A DNA stretch of 64,000 nt. It comes from an uncultured Candidatus Saccharibacteria bacterium. Lineage in GTDB: Bacteria; Patescibacteriota; Minisyncoccia; Phycocordibacterales; UBA9973. The DNA lies in contig CAYREQ010000002.1 of NCBI GenBank assembly GCA_964423445.1, positions 60,641-124,640 on the forward strand, read 5' to 3'. Positions 11,387-21,206 of this stretch are shown here, piece by piece (positions within the stretch are counted from its first letter, which is position 1; every line of letters begins with the position of its first letter). The notes beneath the pieces were generated by a model. That model was not told where the DNA came from, did not search any database, and saw only the letters and a list, made by a program, of their open reading frames with translations. The translations under genes and the position numbers were made by a program.

Positions 11387-12079
11387 ATGGTAAAAATTGA
11401 TTGGAAAAAATATGTAATTGTGTTTTTTATTACTGTAGGTCTTTTCTTGACTGCGACTTATATCAGTAATTATTTTGGTAATAAAAAAATTGATCAGATA
11501 AAATCTATTCAAGATAAGATAGCTATAGATATATTGTCTTCCGAGACTCAATTTTCATTACTATCAGAGCTTTCTTGTAAAAATATATCAGACTCTGTGT
11601 TTTCAGGTGAATTGGGTGAATTAGGAAACAAATTAGAGTGGGGACAAGAGAACCTGGGTAGCCAAGAAGAATTAACTTATTTAAAAAAATACTATTCACT
11701 ACTTCAAATCAAAGACTATCTACTGGGTAAAAAGATATCTGAACGTTGTAAGGTAAAATCTGCTTTTATTCTTTACTTCTATACTACGGCTGAAAATTGT
11801 AGCGTGTGTGAGAGGGAAGGATTAGTACTCTCAAGTCTACGTGATAAGTATCCTGAGCTACGAGTATACTCTTTTGATTACAATACAGAGCTTTCAGCAG
11901 TAAAAGCAATGCTTCAAATCTATAAGATAAAAGATACTGAGCTACCAGCTCTAGTGCTAGACGATGAGGTACTTACAGGCTTTCACGGCATAGAAGAATT
12001 GGATGCTAAGGTTCAAAAGTCATTTAAACTACAGGAAGTAAAACCTGGAGATACTACTACAAAAAAGAGCTCACAGTAA
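11387..12079 (+). CDS. Membrane-anchored thioredoxin-fold protein (CxxC), function unknown
   Basis: N-terminal TM helix. A beta-strand then CSVC (ILYFYTTAENCSVCE) followed by LPALVLDD resembles the thioredoxin fold with a cis-Pro. No family recognised. Confidence 0.4.
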   Translation: MVKIDWKKYVIVFFITVGLFLTATYISNYFGNKKIDQIKSIQDKIAIDILSSETQFSLLSELSCKNISDSVFSGELGELGNKLEWGQENLGSQEELTYLKKYYSLLQIKDYLLGKKISERCKVKSAFILYFYTTAENCSVCEREGLVLSSLRDKYPELRVYSFDYNTELSAVKAMLQIYKIKDTELPALVLDDEVLTGFHGIEELDAKVQKSFKLQEVKPGDTTTKKSSQ

Positions 12080-12169
12080 ATTTATTAAATCTGAGCAAGG
12101 AGACAGGTTTTAAACCCACTATTTTCGCTTTAGTTATGAGTTTATAAGACTACTATTTAGTTTAAACTT

Positions 12170-12245
12170 TGGAGCCGGAAGAGGGATTCGAACCCACGAC
12201 CTTCGCTTTACAAAAGCGTTGCTCTACCAACTGAGCTATTCCGGC
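12170..12245 (-). tRNA. tRNA-Thr (anticodon UGU)
   Basis: The reverse complement folds as a cloverleaf: GCCGGAA acceptor stem, GCTC/GAGC D-arm, anticodon loop TTTGTAA, GGTTCGAAT T-loop, and 3' CCA encoded. Confidence 0.88.
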
Positions 12246-12266
12246 TTAATAAACATACTAACATAA

Positions 12267-12686
12267 TTACAAATTATTTCCATCTTTTTCCTCCTCTTTT
12301 ATTTTATGGGTAATTTCTGTAATTTTATGTTTGTAGCTTGATACAATTTTCAATAATTTTGAAGCTTCAACTTTCTGTATCAATTCTCCAGTCGAATGAT
12401 TTTTGACGTGGATATTTTGCACTTTAATCTTCAATTCCTGATACTTATTCTTTAAAAAATTAGTAGATTGAATATAAGATTTTACTATAAATACCAAACT
12501 TTTGTGCTCATACTTTTTTACACTCTCTACGGTTATATTTTTTATCTCATCTAAGTAAGGTATTTCAAATGTTACTTCTTCATGGAGTTCATATTCTCCA
12601 CTTTTTACCAAAGATAATTTTCTCCAAATCATAAAAACTATAGATAGGAGTGACACAAAAAACATTGTTAGTATTAAATATATCAT
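12267..12686 (-). CDS. Hypothetical membrane-anchored protein (139 aa)
   Basis: ORF with an N-terminal TM helix and a charged coiled-coil-like remainder. No recognisable family. Confidence 0.35.
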   Translation of the reverse strand: MIYLILTMFFVSLLSIVFMIWRKLSLVKSGEYELHEEVTFEIPYLDEIKNITVESVKKYEHKSLVFIVKSYIQSTNFLKNKYQELKIKVQNIHVKNHSTGELIQKVEASKLLKIVSSYKHKITEITHKIKEEEKDGNNL

Positions 12687-12702
12687 ATATATCTATCTAT
12701 TT

Positions 12703-13479
12703 TTATATAGAATAGCGTTTTACTTCCTTGATTTTTGCACCTGATTTTTCTAGGAGTTTACTGATAGTGTCTTCTCCTTTTATAAACACTTGGTCCATCA
12801 AAGTCTTTTCTTTAAAGTAAGTGTTTATCTTTCCTTCTAGCATCTTCTTTTTTATGTCTTCTGGTTTATCTATACTTGCTACTTCTTTTTCAAAAATCTC
12901 CACTATCATCTTCTTTGCTTCTTCTGTAATTTCAGCATCTGTGATGTATTCTGGCTTCATAGCAGTAATGTGCATAGCGATATCACGAGCGAGCTCTGTA
13001 CTGCCTCCCTCTAAACTTACGATTACTCCAGATTTATTGTTGTGTACATAAGTACCGATAGTGTCTCCAGATACTTCATATACTTCACCTAGTTGTATAT
13101 TTTCTCCAGTTTTTTGAATTATAGGATCTATTAGGTCTTTTGCCCCTTCTTTCATCTTTTCACCGCCCTCGTTTAGAGCCATAGTCGCTAATTTTTCTAG
13201 AAGAGTAGTAAAGTCTTCATTTCTAGATACGAAATCTGTCTCACAGTGTAATGGCACAAGTACAGCCTTTTTATCAGTAGATTTTATAGATACTGCACCG
13301 TCTTTTACCTCACGTCCAACTTTCTTTAATGCTATATCTGAACTAGTCTTTTTTAAGATAGCGAGGGCTTTGGTCATATCTCCCTCAGCCTCTTCCAATG
13401 CACGCTTGCATTGCATTACAGAAACACCAGTACTATCTCTTAATTCCTTAATAAGTTCAGTTGTTATTTGTGTAGACAT
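12703..13479 (-). CDS. tsf: Elongation factor Ts
   Basis: N-terminal UBA-like motif (ELRDSTGVSVMQCKRALEEAEGDMTKALAILKK). Lies downstream of rpsB, as in the conserved rpsB-tsf operon. Confidence 0.9.
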   Translation of the reverse strand: MSTQITTELIKELRDSTGVSVMQCKRALEEAEGDMTKALAILKKTSSDIALKKVGREVKDGAVSIKSTDKKAVLVPLHCETDFVSRNEDFTTLLEKLATMALNEGGEKMKEGAKDLIDPIIQKTGENIQLGEVYEVSGDTIGTYVHNNKSGVIVSLEGGSTELARDIAMHITAMKPEYITDAEITEEAKKMIVEIFEKEVASIDKPEDIKKKMLEGKINTYFKEKTLMDQVFIKGEDTISKLLEKSGAKIKEVKRYSI

Positions 13480-13530
13480 ATAATATTGTCTTCTTGGCTT
13501 ATGGCCTTGAAGTTATTAAATTTTTAATGT

Positions 13531-14295
13531 TTATTGAGTTGCTTGCTCTGGGCTAGATACAGCTTCTTTTTTTGGAGCTTTTAGAGTACCTTTTTTGTAA
13601 GCATTTGCTATAGCTTGAGTGAAGAATTTTATTGAAGGGATTACTCCATCGTTTGCTACGATAGGGTAGTCTATACCTCTAATATCTGAGTCAGAATTTA
13701 CTAAAGAAATTACAGGTACGCCCGATTTCTTGCCTTCTGTAGCTGCTATGTGTTCATTTTTTGCGTCTATGATAAACAATGCATCTGGCATTTTCTTTAG
13801 ACCGATAAGACCAGAGTAGTATCTTGAAAGTTTTTCCATTTTCTTTGCCATTACCACACGCTCTTTTTTAGTGTATTTATCAAGTTCTCCCATAGCACTA
13901 TCTTTTTGATAGTTTTCTAGTTCTGTGATTCTTTTTTTGATTTCAATAAAGTTTGATAAAGTACCACCAATCCATCTTTCTACTACGTATGGCATATCCA
14001 AAGACTCTGCTACTGATTTAATAGCGTTTTTTGCTTCTGGTTTTGTACCTACGAATAATACTACCTTGCCTGCACTTCCGAGTGTTTCTACGAATGCTGT
14101 AGCTTCATCTAGTAAAATACTTGTCTTTTCAAGGTCTATAATGTCGCCCTTGTTTTTAGTCGCATATATATAGCCAGAAACAGAAGGGTGTCTTCGTGTC
14201 TTGCTATAGCCATAATGCGCCCCAGCCTTGAACATTTGCTCTACGGCTGTGTCATTTACACTGTCTTTGTCTTTTACAATATCTCCTTTTTGCAT
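13531..14295 (-). CDS. rpsB: 30S ribosomal protein S2
   Basis: Conserved S2 core (GAHYGYSKTRRHP, VVLFVGTK, ERWIGGTLSNF). Confidence 0.92.
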   Translation of the reverse strand: MQKGDIVKDKDSVNDTAVEQMFKAGAHYGYSKTRRHPSVSGYIYATKNKGDIIDLEKTSILLDEATAFVETLGSAGKVVLFVGTKPEAKNAIKSVAESLDMPYVVERWIGGTLSNFIEIKKRITELENYQKDSAMGELDKYTKKERVVMAKKMEKLSRYYSGLIGLKKMPDALFIIDAKNEHIAATEGKKSGVPVISLVNSDSDIRGIDYPIVANDGVIPSIKFFTQAIANAYKKGTLKAPKKEAVSSPEQATQ

Positions 14296-14401
14296 TTGGT
14301 TATTCTAGCAGAAACACTCCCTTTTTGCAAACCTATTGGGGTGGTTATGTTTTATTTATATTTTTAAGGATTCTTTGCTAAAAAGAGGTTTTTCGGGTAA
14401 G

Positions 14402-15670
14402 ATGGTATGCATGAGACAATCTAAACTTTTTACAAAAACTAGAAAAGAAGCCCCTTCTGACGAAGTGTCAAAAAATGCGGAGCTTCTAATAAGGGGTGGT
14501 TTTATAAATAAAGAAATGGCAGGAGTTTACAGCTATTTGCCACTAGGTCTAAAAGTTTTTAAAAAGATTGAAAACATAATTCGAGAGGAAATGAACGCTA
14601 TTGGTGGACAAGAAATCGTACTTTCTTCACTACAAGAAAAAGAAACATGGGAACCTACGGATCAATGGAATGACGAAAATGTAGATGTCTGGTTTAAGAC
14701 AAAATTAAAAAATGAAACAGAGCTCGGTCTCGCAGTGACTCACGAAGCAGCTATAACAAAAATGCTAAAAAACTTTTTGCAGTCATATCGTGATCTTCCT
14801 CAGTATGTATATCAATTTCAAACAAAATTCCGTAATGAAACTAGAGCAAAGAGTGGTATTATGCGTTGCCGTGAATTCGTGATGAAAGATTTATATTCAT
14901 TTGATATTGATGAAAAGTCTCATTTAGAATTTTATGAAAAATCTAAGAAAGCTTACAAGACTATTTTTGAGCGTGTAGGCATAGGACATCTGACTTATCT
15001 TACATTTGCTTCTGGTGGTATGTTTTCTCCTTTCTCTCATGAGTTTCAGACTCTTACAAGCGCCGGAGAAGACATTATATACGTAGATGAATCAAAGGGT
15101 ATAGCTATAAATAAAGAAGTAAACAATGATGAAGTCTTGGAAAAACTAGGAGTAAAAAAAGAAGACTTAGTAGAGCATAGAGCGGTGGAGGTAGGAAATA
15201 TATTTACTCTAGGTACTAGGTTTTCAGATGCACTAGATTTGAAATATCAAACCGAAGATGGAGAAAAAAAGTCTGTGTTCATGGGTTCTTATGGAATTGG
15301 TCCAGGCAGAGTCATGGGTACTGTAGTAGAAGTATTGTCTGACGATAAGGGTATAATTTGGCCAGAATCAATAGCTCCATTTCAAGTACACTTACTTTCT
15401 CTCGGCGAAGATGAAGCTGTAAAAACAGAGGCAGACAAAGTCTACGAAACTTTGTTAAAAAATAATATTGAAGTCTTATTTGATGATCGTATTGGTATGT
15501 CTGCTGGAGAAAAATTTGCAGATGCTGATCTACTTGGTATGCCAATGCGTATAGTGGTCTCACAGAGAAGTATAAAAGAAAACGGTATTGAATTAAAAAA
15601 GAGAACAGAAGAAAAAGGGCAGATAGTGACGTTAGATGAGCTTTTAAAGATTTTAACCAAGAAAGATTAG
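14402..15670 (+). CDS. proS: Prolyl-tRNA synthetase (short form lacking the editing insertion)
   Basis: Class II aaRS motifs and a ProRS N-terminus (MRQSKLFTKTRKE...LLIRGGFI...YLPLG). The track ORF starts at an upstream alternative codon (14336); ATG 14402 or 14411 is preferred. Confidence 0.85.
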   Translation: MVCMRQSKLFTKTRKEAPSDEVSKNAELLIRGGFINKEMAGVYSYLPLGLKVFKKIENIIREEMNAIGGQEIVLSSLQEKETWEPTDQWNDENVDVWFKTKLKNETELGLAVTHEAAITKMLKNFLQSYRDLPQYVYQFQTKFRNETRAKSGIMRCREFVMKDLYSFDIDEKSHLEFYEKSKKAYKTIFERVGIGHLTYLTFASGGMFSPFSHEFQTLTSAGEDIIYVDESKGIAINKEVNNDEVLEKLGVKKEDLVEHRAVEVGNIFTLGTRFSDALDLKYQTEDGEKKSVFMGSYGIGPGRVMGTVVEVLSDDKGIIWPESIAPFQVHLLSLGEDEAVKTEADKVYETLLKNNIEVLFDDRIGMSAGEKFADADLLGMPMRIVVSQRSIKENGIELKKRTEEKGQIVTLDELLKILTKKD

Positions 15671-15676
15671 TATTTT

Positions 15677-16723
15677 ATGTTTGATAAGATTTACAAATTA
15701 ATTTCAAATGATATAGGCATAGATTTGGGTACCTCAAATACCTTGGTCTATTTAAAGGGTCATGGCATCGTGATAAACGAGCCATCTGTGGTGGCTGTAA
15801 ATATAAAGACAAATCAAATTCTCGCTGTCGGAATAAAAGCTAAAGAAATGCTCGGACGTACACCAGGACACATAAAAGCTATTCGTCCGCTCGTAGATGG
15901 TGTTATATCAGATTTTGAAGTCACCGAAGAAATGCTTTCTTATTTGATAAATAAAGCAAATAAAATTTCAAAGAAAATCGCTAGACCTAGAGTAGTCATC
16001 GGTATTCCTTCTGGTACTACAAATGTAGAATCACGTGCGGTGTATGACGCGGCGCATTCTGCTGGAGCAAGGGAAGTATACTTAGTAGAAGAGCCGATGG
16101 CTGCGGCTGTCGGTATACGCTTACCTATAAAAGAACCAGTAGGCTCTATGATTATAGATATAGGTGGTGGTACTACTGATATTGCTCTGATTTCTCTCGG
16201 AGGAATTGTGAAATCAAAAAACTTAAAGATAGCTGGTGATAGATTAAATAACGATATCATTTCTTATATGCGTGATGAATTTAAAATACTTATCGGAGAG
16301 CGTACAGCTGAAATGGTAAAGATTGCTATAGGATCTGTATCTCCAGGGGTGTATATGGAGTCTCAAGTTCATGGACGTGATTTGCTTACAGGCTTACCAC
16401 GAGCTGTGATTGTGACTGACTCTGATATTCGTGAAGCTTTAGCTGTATCAATTAGAGAGCTCGTGGGTGGCATAAAAGACATGCTAGAGTCCACTCCTCC
16501 TGAAATTTTATCCGACATAATGCACACAGGTATTACTCTCTCTGGTGGTGGAGCATTGATAAATGGGCTTGATCAATTATTGCAAAAAGTTTTAAAAATC
16601 CCAGTATATGTAGTAGAAGATCCACTTTCTGCAGTAGCTCGTGGCACAGGGGTGATATTAGACGACATAGATTTTTATAAAGAAGTTTTGATTGGTAATC
16701 AAAATGAGTTACCTCCTAGATAA
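15677..16723 (+). CDS. mreB: Rod-shape-determining actin homologue MreB
   Basis: Actin-fold phosphate-1 motif (IGIDLGTSNTLVY), DIGGGTTDIA, and a length of about 348 aa. Confidence 0.92.
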   Translation: MFDKIYKLISNDIGIDLGTSNTLVYLKGHGIVINEPSVVAVNIKTNQILAVGIKAKEMLGRTPGHIKAIRPLVDGVISDFEVTEEMLSYLINKANKISKKIARPRVVIGIPSGTTNVESRAVYDAAHSAGAREVYLVEEPMAAAVGIRLPIKEPVGSMIIDIGGGTTDIALISLGGIVKSKNLKIAGDRLNNDIISYMRDEFKILIGERTAEMVKIAIGSVSPGVYMESQVHGRDLLTGLPRAVIVTDSDIREALAVSIRELVGGIKDMLESTPPEILSDIMHTGITLSGGGALINGLDQLLQKVLKIPVYVVEDPLSAVARGTGVILDDIDFYKEVLIGNQNELPPR

Positions 16724-17495
16724 AAAAAATAAAAGACGAGATAGCATAAAAATTCTAATCGGATTAATAATTTTTATTTTGTTATTTTATTTTAGAGCAA
16801 GTATTTTTTCTGGATTTTCTTATGTAGGGTTGGGTGTATTTCGACCTGTAATTAGTGTCGGAAATAATTTGGGTGAAAAATTAAAAAGCATAAACGCTTA
16901 TTTCTCTTCAAAAGATTCTCTATATAGAGAAAACGAAGATTTAAAATTGAAATTAGATAGTGACAGGGAAAATAGAGCAAATTATGATTCTGTCGTAGCT
17001 GAAAATATTGAGCTCAAAGATATTCTAGGACGTAAAAATGAACAAGTAGATATGATTTTAGGTGTAGTCTTGGCAAGGCCAAATCAAAGCATTTATGACA
17101 CTTTGCTTATAGACATAGGTACAAATCATGGTGTCAAAGTAGGTGATAAAGTTTTTGCTTCTGGAAATATACCAATTGGAACAATAAGAGAAGTTTATCC
17201 AAGTTCTGCAAAAGTAGTCTTGTTTTCAAATAGTGGAGAGGTCACATCGGTAATCGTATCTGGGAAAAATGTTTCTATGGAGCTCGTAGGTAGAGGTGGA
17301 GGAAATTTTGAGATGACAATGCCTAGAGATTTTACTCTACTTAAAGGAGATCAAGTAGTATTACCTAGTATAAACAACCATGTCGTCGCTGTAGTAGAAA
17401 CGATAATTTCTGACTCAAGAGATGCTTTTCAAAAAGCTATTTTGGTAAGCCCTGTAAATTTTCAGCAATTAAAATTTGTACAGGTAGAGAAATAA
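16704..17495 (+). CDS. mreC: Rod-shape-determining protein MreC
   Basis: Directly downstream of and overlapping mreB. N-terminal TM helix, a coiled-coil, then a beta-rich domain. ATG 16704 is preferred over the upstream track start. Confidence 0.75.
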   Translation: MSYLLDKKNKRRDSIKILIGLIIFILLFYFRASIFSGFSYVGLGVFRPVISVGNNLGEKLKSINAYFSSKDSLYRENEDLKLKLDSDRENRANYDSVVAENIELKDILGRKNEQVDMILGVVLARPNQSIYDTLLIDIGTNHGVKVGDKVFASGNIPIGTIREVYPSSAKVVLFSNSGEVTSVIVSGKNVSMELVGRGGGNFEMTMPRDFTLLKGDQVVLPSINNHVVAVVETIISDSRDAFQKAILVSPVNFQQLKFVQVEK

Positions 17496-17499
17496 AATA

Positions 17500-18768
17500 A
17501 TGGATTTTAAAATTGATAAAAAAATAAATGGTTCTCTTGGGCGTGCTGGAGTTTTAAAAACTTCACATGGAGATATACATACTCCGGCTTTTGTGCCTGT
17601 GGGAACAAAAGCCACTATAAAGGCTCTTACTCCCGAAATGGTGGCAGATTTAGGAGCAGAAGTAGTGCTCGGTAATACATATCATTTATATCTCCAGCCT
17701 GGTGACGAGATAGTACGTGATGCTGGGGGGATAGGAAGATTTATGAATTGGAAAGGTCCGACCATTACAGATTCTGGAGGATTCCAAGTATTTTCTCTCG
17801 GGGTGGCTTATGGAAAAGAAATTTCAAAAGTTACAAAGATAACTGATCCTTCTTTTATGATACCAGAGCGTTTTGATGATTCTGATGCTCCAAGACTTGC
17901 AAAGATTGGGAATGATGGAGTATCTTTCAAATCACATTTAGATGGGTCTGTGCATTATATTACTCCAGAGAAGTCTATCCAGATTCAACACAATCTCGGA
18001 GCTGATATTATTTTTGCTTTTGATGAATGTACTAGCCCGACAGAAGATTTACGTTATCAAGAAGAAGCACTCGAGCGTACTCATGCTTGGGCAAAAAGGA
18101 GCTTAGAAGAACACGATAGATTAAAGCAGGACTATGCTCGCCGTCATTCGCACTCTGTCTTGGAAGGGCAAGACTTATCTGTTCGTAGCGAAGATTCCTC
18201 TGAGCATAGTCCTGCTTTGTTTGGTATCGTACAGGGTGGGCGAGATGAAAATCTGCGTAAGAAATCCGCGAAAATTATCGGTGCTATGGATTTTGATGGT
18301 TTTGGTATTGGTGGAAGCTTTGCCAAGGAAGACATGTCTACAGCAGTGAAATGGGTAAATGAAATTTTGCCTGAAGAAAAGCCTCGCCACTTGCTCGGCA
18401 TAGGGGAGCCAGAAGATATTTTTATGGGCATAGAAAATGGAGTGGATCTTTTTGATTGTGTCGCTCCTACCAGACAAGCTCGAAATGGTTCGCTTTATAC
18501 AAAAAATGGAAAGATAAATATTACTAATTCAAAATACAGGACAGATTTTTCAAAAATAGAAACAGATTGCGAATGTTACACTTGTAAGAATTATACTTGT
18601 GCATATTTATCACATTTATTTCACGGCAAAGAAATGCTAGCTGGCACACTTGCCACAATCCATAATTTATACTTCATAGTGAACTTAGTAAAAAAAATAA
18701 GACAGTCTATTTTAGACGACAAGTTTTTTGAGTTCAAGCAGGACTTTTTACAGAATTACCAAAAATAG
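17500..18768 (+). CDS. tgt: Queuine tRNA-ribosyltransferase (tRNA-guanine transglycosylase)
   Basis: TGT motifs (VLKTSHGDIHTPAFVPVGT, LGNTYHL, DSGGFQ) and a C-terminal Zn site (CxCxxC...H). Confidence 0.9.
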   Translation: MDFKIDKKINGSLGRAGVLKTSHGDIHTPAFVPVGTKATIKALTPEMVADLGAEVVLGNTYHLYLQPGDEIVRDAGGIGRFMNWKGPTITDSGGFQVFSLGVAYGKEISKVTKITDPSFMIPERFDDSDAPRLAKIGNDGVSFKSHLDGSVHYITPEKSIQIQHNLGADIIFAFDECTSPTEDLRYQEEALERTHAWAKRSLEEHDRLKQDYARRHSHSVLEGQDLSVRSEDSSEHSPALFGIVQGGRDENLRKKSAKIIGAMDFDGFGIGGSFAKEDMSTAVKWVNEILPEEKPRHLLGIGEPEDIFMGIENGVDLFDCVAPTRQARNGSLYTKNGKINITNSKYRTDFSKIETDCECYTCKNYTCAYLSHLFHGKEMLAGTLATIHNLYFIVNLVKKIRQSILDDKFFEFKQDFLQNYQK

Positions 18769-18827
18769 CTTTACATTTTGAGAGTAATTGTTATACTTAT
18801 TTCTATTGACATTGTCAAACAAAAATA

Positions 18828-20227
18828 TGAAAAAAACAAAGAAAACTAAGAAGCCGGGGAAGAATTGGCGAAAATTCTGGAAGCTCGGATCCGAAGAGTT
18901 TAACACTCAATTTTTTGACGTGAGTAAAGAAGGTGAGCTACTTGCCAAAGAAGGTCATCATATCTATAACTTAAAAAATTTGGCAAAGAAATACGGTACA
19001 CCACTCCAAGTAGTATTTCCATTTATCATAGAAGACAGACTCAAAGACCTTATCGGTTATTTTCAAGCTTATATAAAGATATATGGTTACAAAGGTAAAT
19101 TCCAATATCACTATCCGATGAAGGTAAACCAAAATAAAGAATTTATTTTGTCTCTTATTTCTGAAGGAGCAAACTTGGAGTCCACATCTGCAAATGAGCT
19201 TTGGCTTGTGAAAAAACTTTGGGAAGGTGAAAAGTTTAATAGTAAAATTCGCGTGCTTTGCAATGGTCCAAAGACTGATCAATACCTAGACTTGATAGAA
19301 GAATTACGAGCAAAGGGTATGAATATAGTTCCTATATTAGAATCATTAGACGAAGTAGATAGACTTTCAAAATATAAAGGTGATATAGGAGTGAGAGTAG
19401 ATTTAAATGTAAAAGCTGATTCACACTGGGACAAGAAATTTGACCGTTTTGGTATTTCAGAAAAAGATGCACTTGATTTGAGTAAGATGAAAAATCTAAA
19501 AATCATGCACTACCACATGGGCTCTCAGATAAAGACTCAAAAAAGTATTTTTGACGGAGTAAAGCATGCTTTTACTATATATAAAGAATTGCAAAAGACA
19601 CACCCAAATCTAGACACGTTAGACATAGGTGGTGGCTTTGGTATTCCTTATGAAAAGAAAAAGTTTTATACAGCAAAAGGAGTATCTAGCAAGCTTATCA
19701 AGATGTTGAAAAATTTGTCTGACAAAGCTGGTATTAAGCATCCAAACCTCGTAGTAGAGTGGGGGCAATATATCGTAGCTCCAGCACAGGTGACAATATA
19801 CAAAGTGCTTTCTGAAAAATCTATTCCAAAAGCAAATGCAAAGTCTTGGTATATCGTAGATGGTTCTTTTATGAACGACATCAAAGATACTTGGGCTATT
19901 CACCAAAAATATCACGTAATTCCAGGAAATAATATGATGAGCCCGCTAAAGACTACATGGTTTGCAGGTAGTACTTGTGACTCTGATGACAAATACACTG
20001 CTGGAGGAAATTATATTCTCATGCCAAAACTTCACGAAGACCGAGAGCAACTCGTAGCAGTATTAGATACAGGCGCATACCAAGACGGCCTCGCTTCTCA
20101 TCACTGCCTATTATCATCTCCTATGAAGATAGTGGCTCAAGATGGAACAATTAAAATAGCCCGCAAAAGAGAAACTGCTGATGTGATAGGTAAGCTTTTT
20201 GGTTGGACAAATGGAGACCATAAATAA
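18828..20227 (+). CDS. PLP-dependent fold-type-III decarboxylase, biosynthetic arginine decarboxylase (SpeA)-like, compact form with a Lys-rich N-terminus
   Basis: YPMKVNQN...SLISEG...LE..S..EL matches the SpeA N-terminal barrel. HYHMGSQ matches SpeA HFHLGSQ, DIGGGFGIPYE matches, and CDSDD matches CDSDG. It is about 160 aa shorter than E. coli SpeA. Confidence 0.6.
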
Positions 20228-20681
20228 AATATTTAAAAAATATCGTGGATTTTTATTTTTACCTGCTATTTTTATAGTAGGGTTTTTTTTGTTTAATTAT
20301 CTTCCTAAAAATATAAAGACAGAAGATATTCAATATGTAAAAATTGCTGGTCAAAAAATCAAAACTGATTTGGCTTTGACGAGTGAGACTAGAGCGAGAG
20401 GGTTGTCTGGACGTGTTTCACTAAAAGAAGATGAGGGTATGCTTTTTGTTTTTGATAATGTAGGTAAATACAAATTTTGGATGAAAGATATGAATTTTGA
20501 TATTGATATAGTATGGATAGATGAAAATCAAAAAGTAGTCTATATACAAAAAAATGCTATGAGAGAATCATATCCAGAAACTTTTGGTGGAGAGCAAAAT
20601 TCAAAATATGTACTCGAGCTAGTGTCTGGTTTTTCGGATAAGTATAATTTAAAAGAAGGAGATAAGGTGAATTTTGAATAA
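20199..20681 (+). CDS. DUF192-domain protein (COG1430)
   Basis: Signal/TM N-terminus and the DUF192 core (EDEGMLFVFD...KFWMKDMNFDIDIVWIDEN). Confidence 0.6.
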   Translation: MVGQMETINKIFKKYRGFLFLPAIFIVGFFLFNYLPKNIKTEDIQYVKIAGQKIKTDLALTSETRARGLSGRVSLKEDEGMLFVFDNVGKYKFWMKDMNFDIDIVWIDENQKVVYIQKNAMRESYPETFGGEQNSKYVLELVSGFSDKYNLKEGDKVNFE

Positions 20682-20703
20682 ATAATTTTTTTGTTGAAAA
20701 GAG

Positions 20704-20738
20704 AAAATCCCCACCATTGCTGGAGGGGATTTTCATTT
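20704..20738. terminator. Bidirectional intrinsic terminator shared by the DUF192 gene (+) and rnpB (-)
   Basis: Hairpin aaaatcccc-acc-attgc-tgg-aggggatttt, with T-tracts on both strands. Confidence 0.6.
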
Positions 20739-20740
20739 TG

Positions 20741-21040
20741 TTGTAGGTATCTATAAGCCGAATTTTGTGTTTTCAACCGAGGTTGAAATGATAACAATTT
20801 GTCTAGGCTTGCAATTACTCACAAGCTCGAGCGATTCTCCCACGATTTTGCAATCGGGGCACGATCTTGCACACGCGTAAGGATTTTGCCGTTTCACCTC
20901 CGTATTGGAGCTCGTCTCTGTTCGCACCTCTACCGTTACCGGCGACGGGGATTACCCGCTACGTTTAACCATTAAAAGGGCTATGTGTTCGGACTTTCCT
21001 CTATGGTGTAAACCATAGTAGTTATCCGATACCTACCCAT
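20741..21040 (-). ncRNA. rnpB: RNase P RNA (bacterial type), compact, about 300 nt
   Basis: The reverse complement contains AGGAAAGTCCGAAC (P4 5' strand), GGAGGTGAAACGG (GNRA / J11-12 region) and ACAAAATTCGGCTTATAG (P4 3' strand). P1 pairing is GGGTAGGTATC with GATACCTAC. The segment is GC-enriched and free of ORFs. Confidence 0.8.
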
Positions 21041-21140
21041 ACAATCTAGCACACTTGCTTTTTTTTGTGAAGTATGATAGTATATAAGTGTGAGTGTAGG
21101 GAGTGATTCTTACATTTATCGTAAACAATGTATGTGCCGC

Positions 21141-21171
21141 AAAAACCCACTTCGGTGGGTTTTTGTTTTTT
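21141..21171. terminator. Orphan intrinsic-terminator-like hairpin between rnpB and mltG
   Basis: aaaaacccac-ttcg-gtgggttttt followed by gtttttt. No annotated gene ends here. Confidence 0.35.
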
Positions 21172-21206
21172 ATGCGTGAGTTTTTGTGTTATAATTATCT
21201 TAATAT

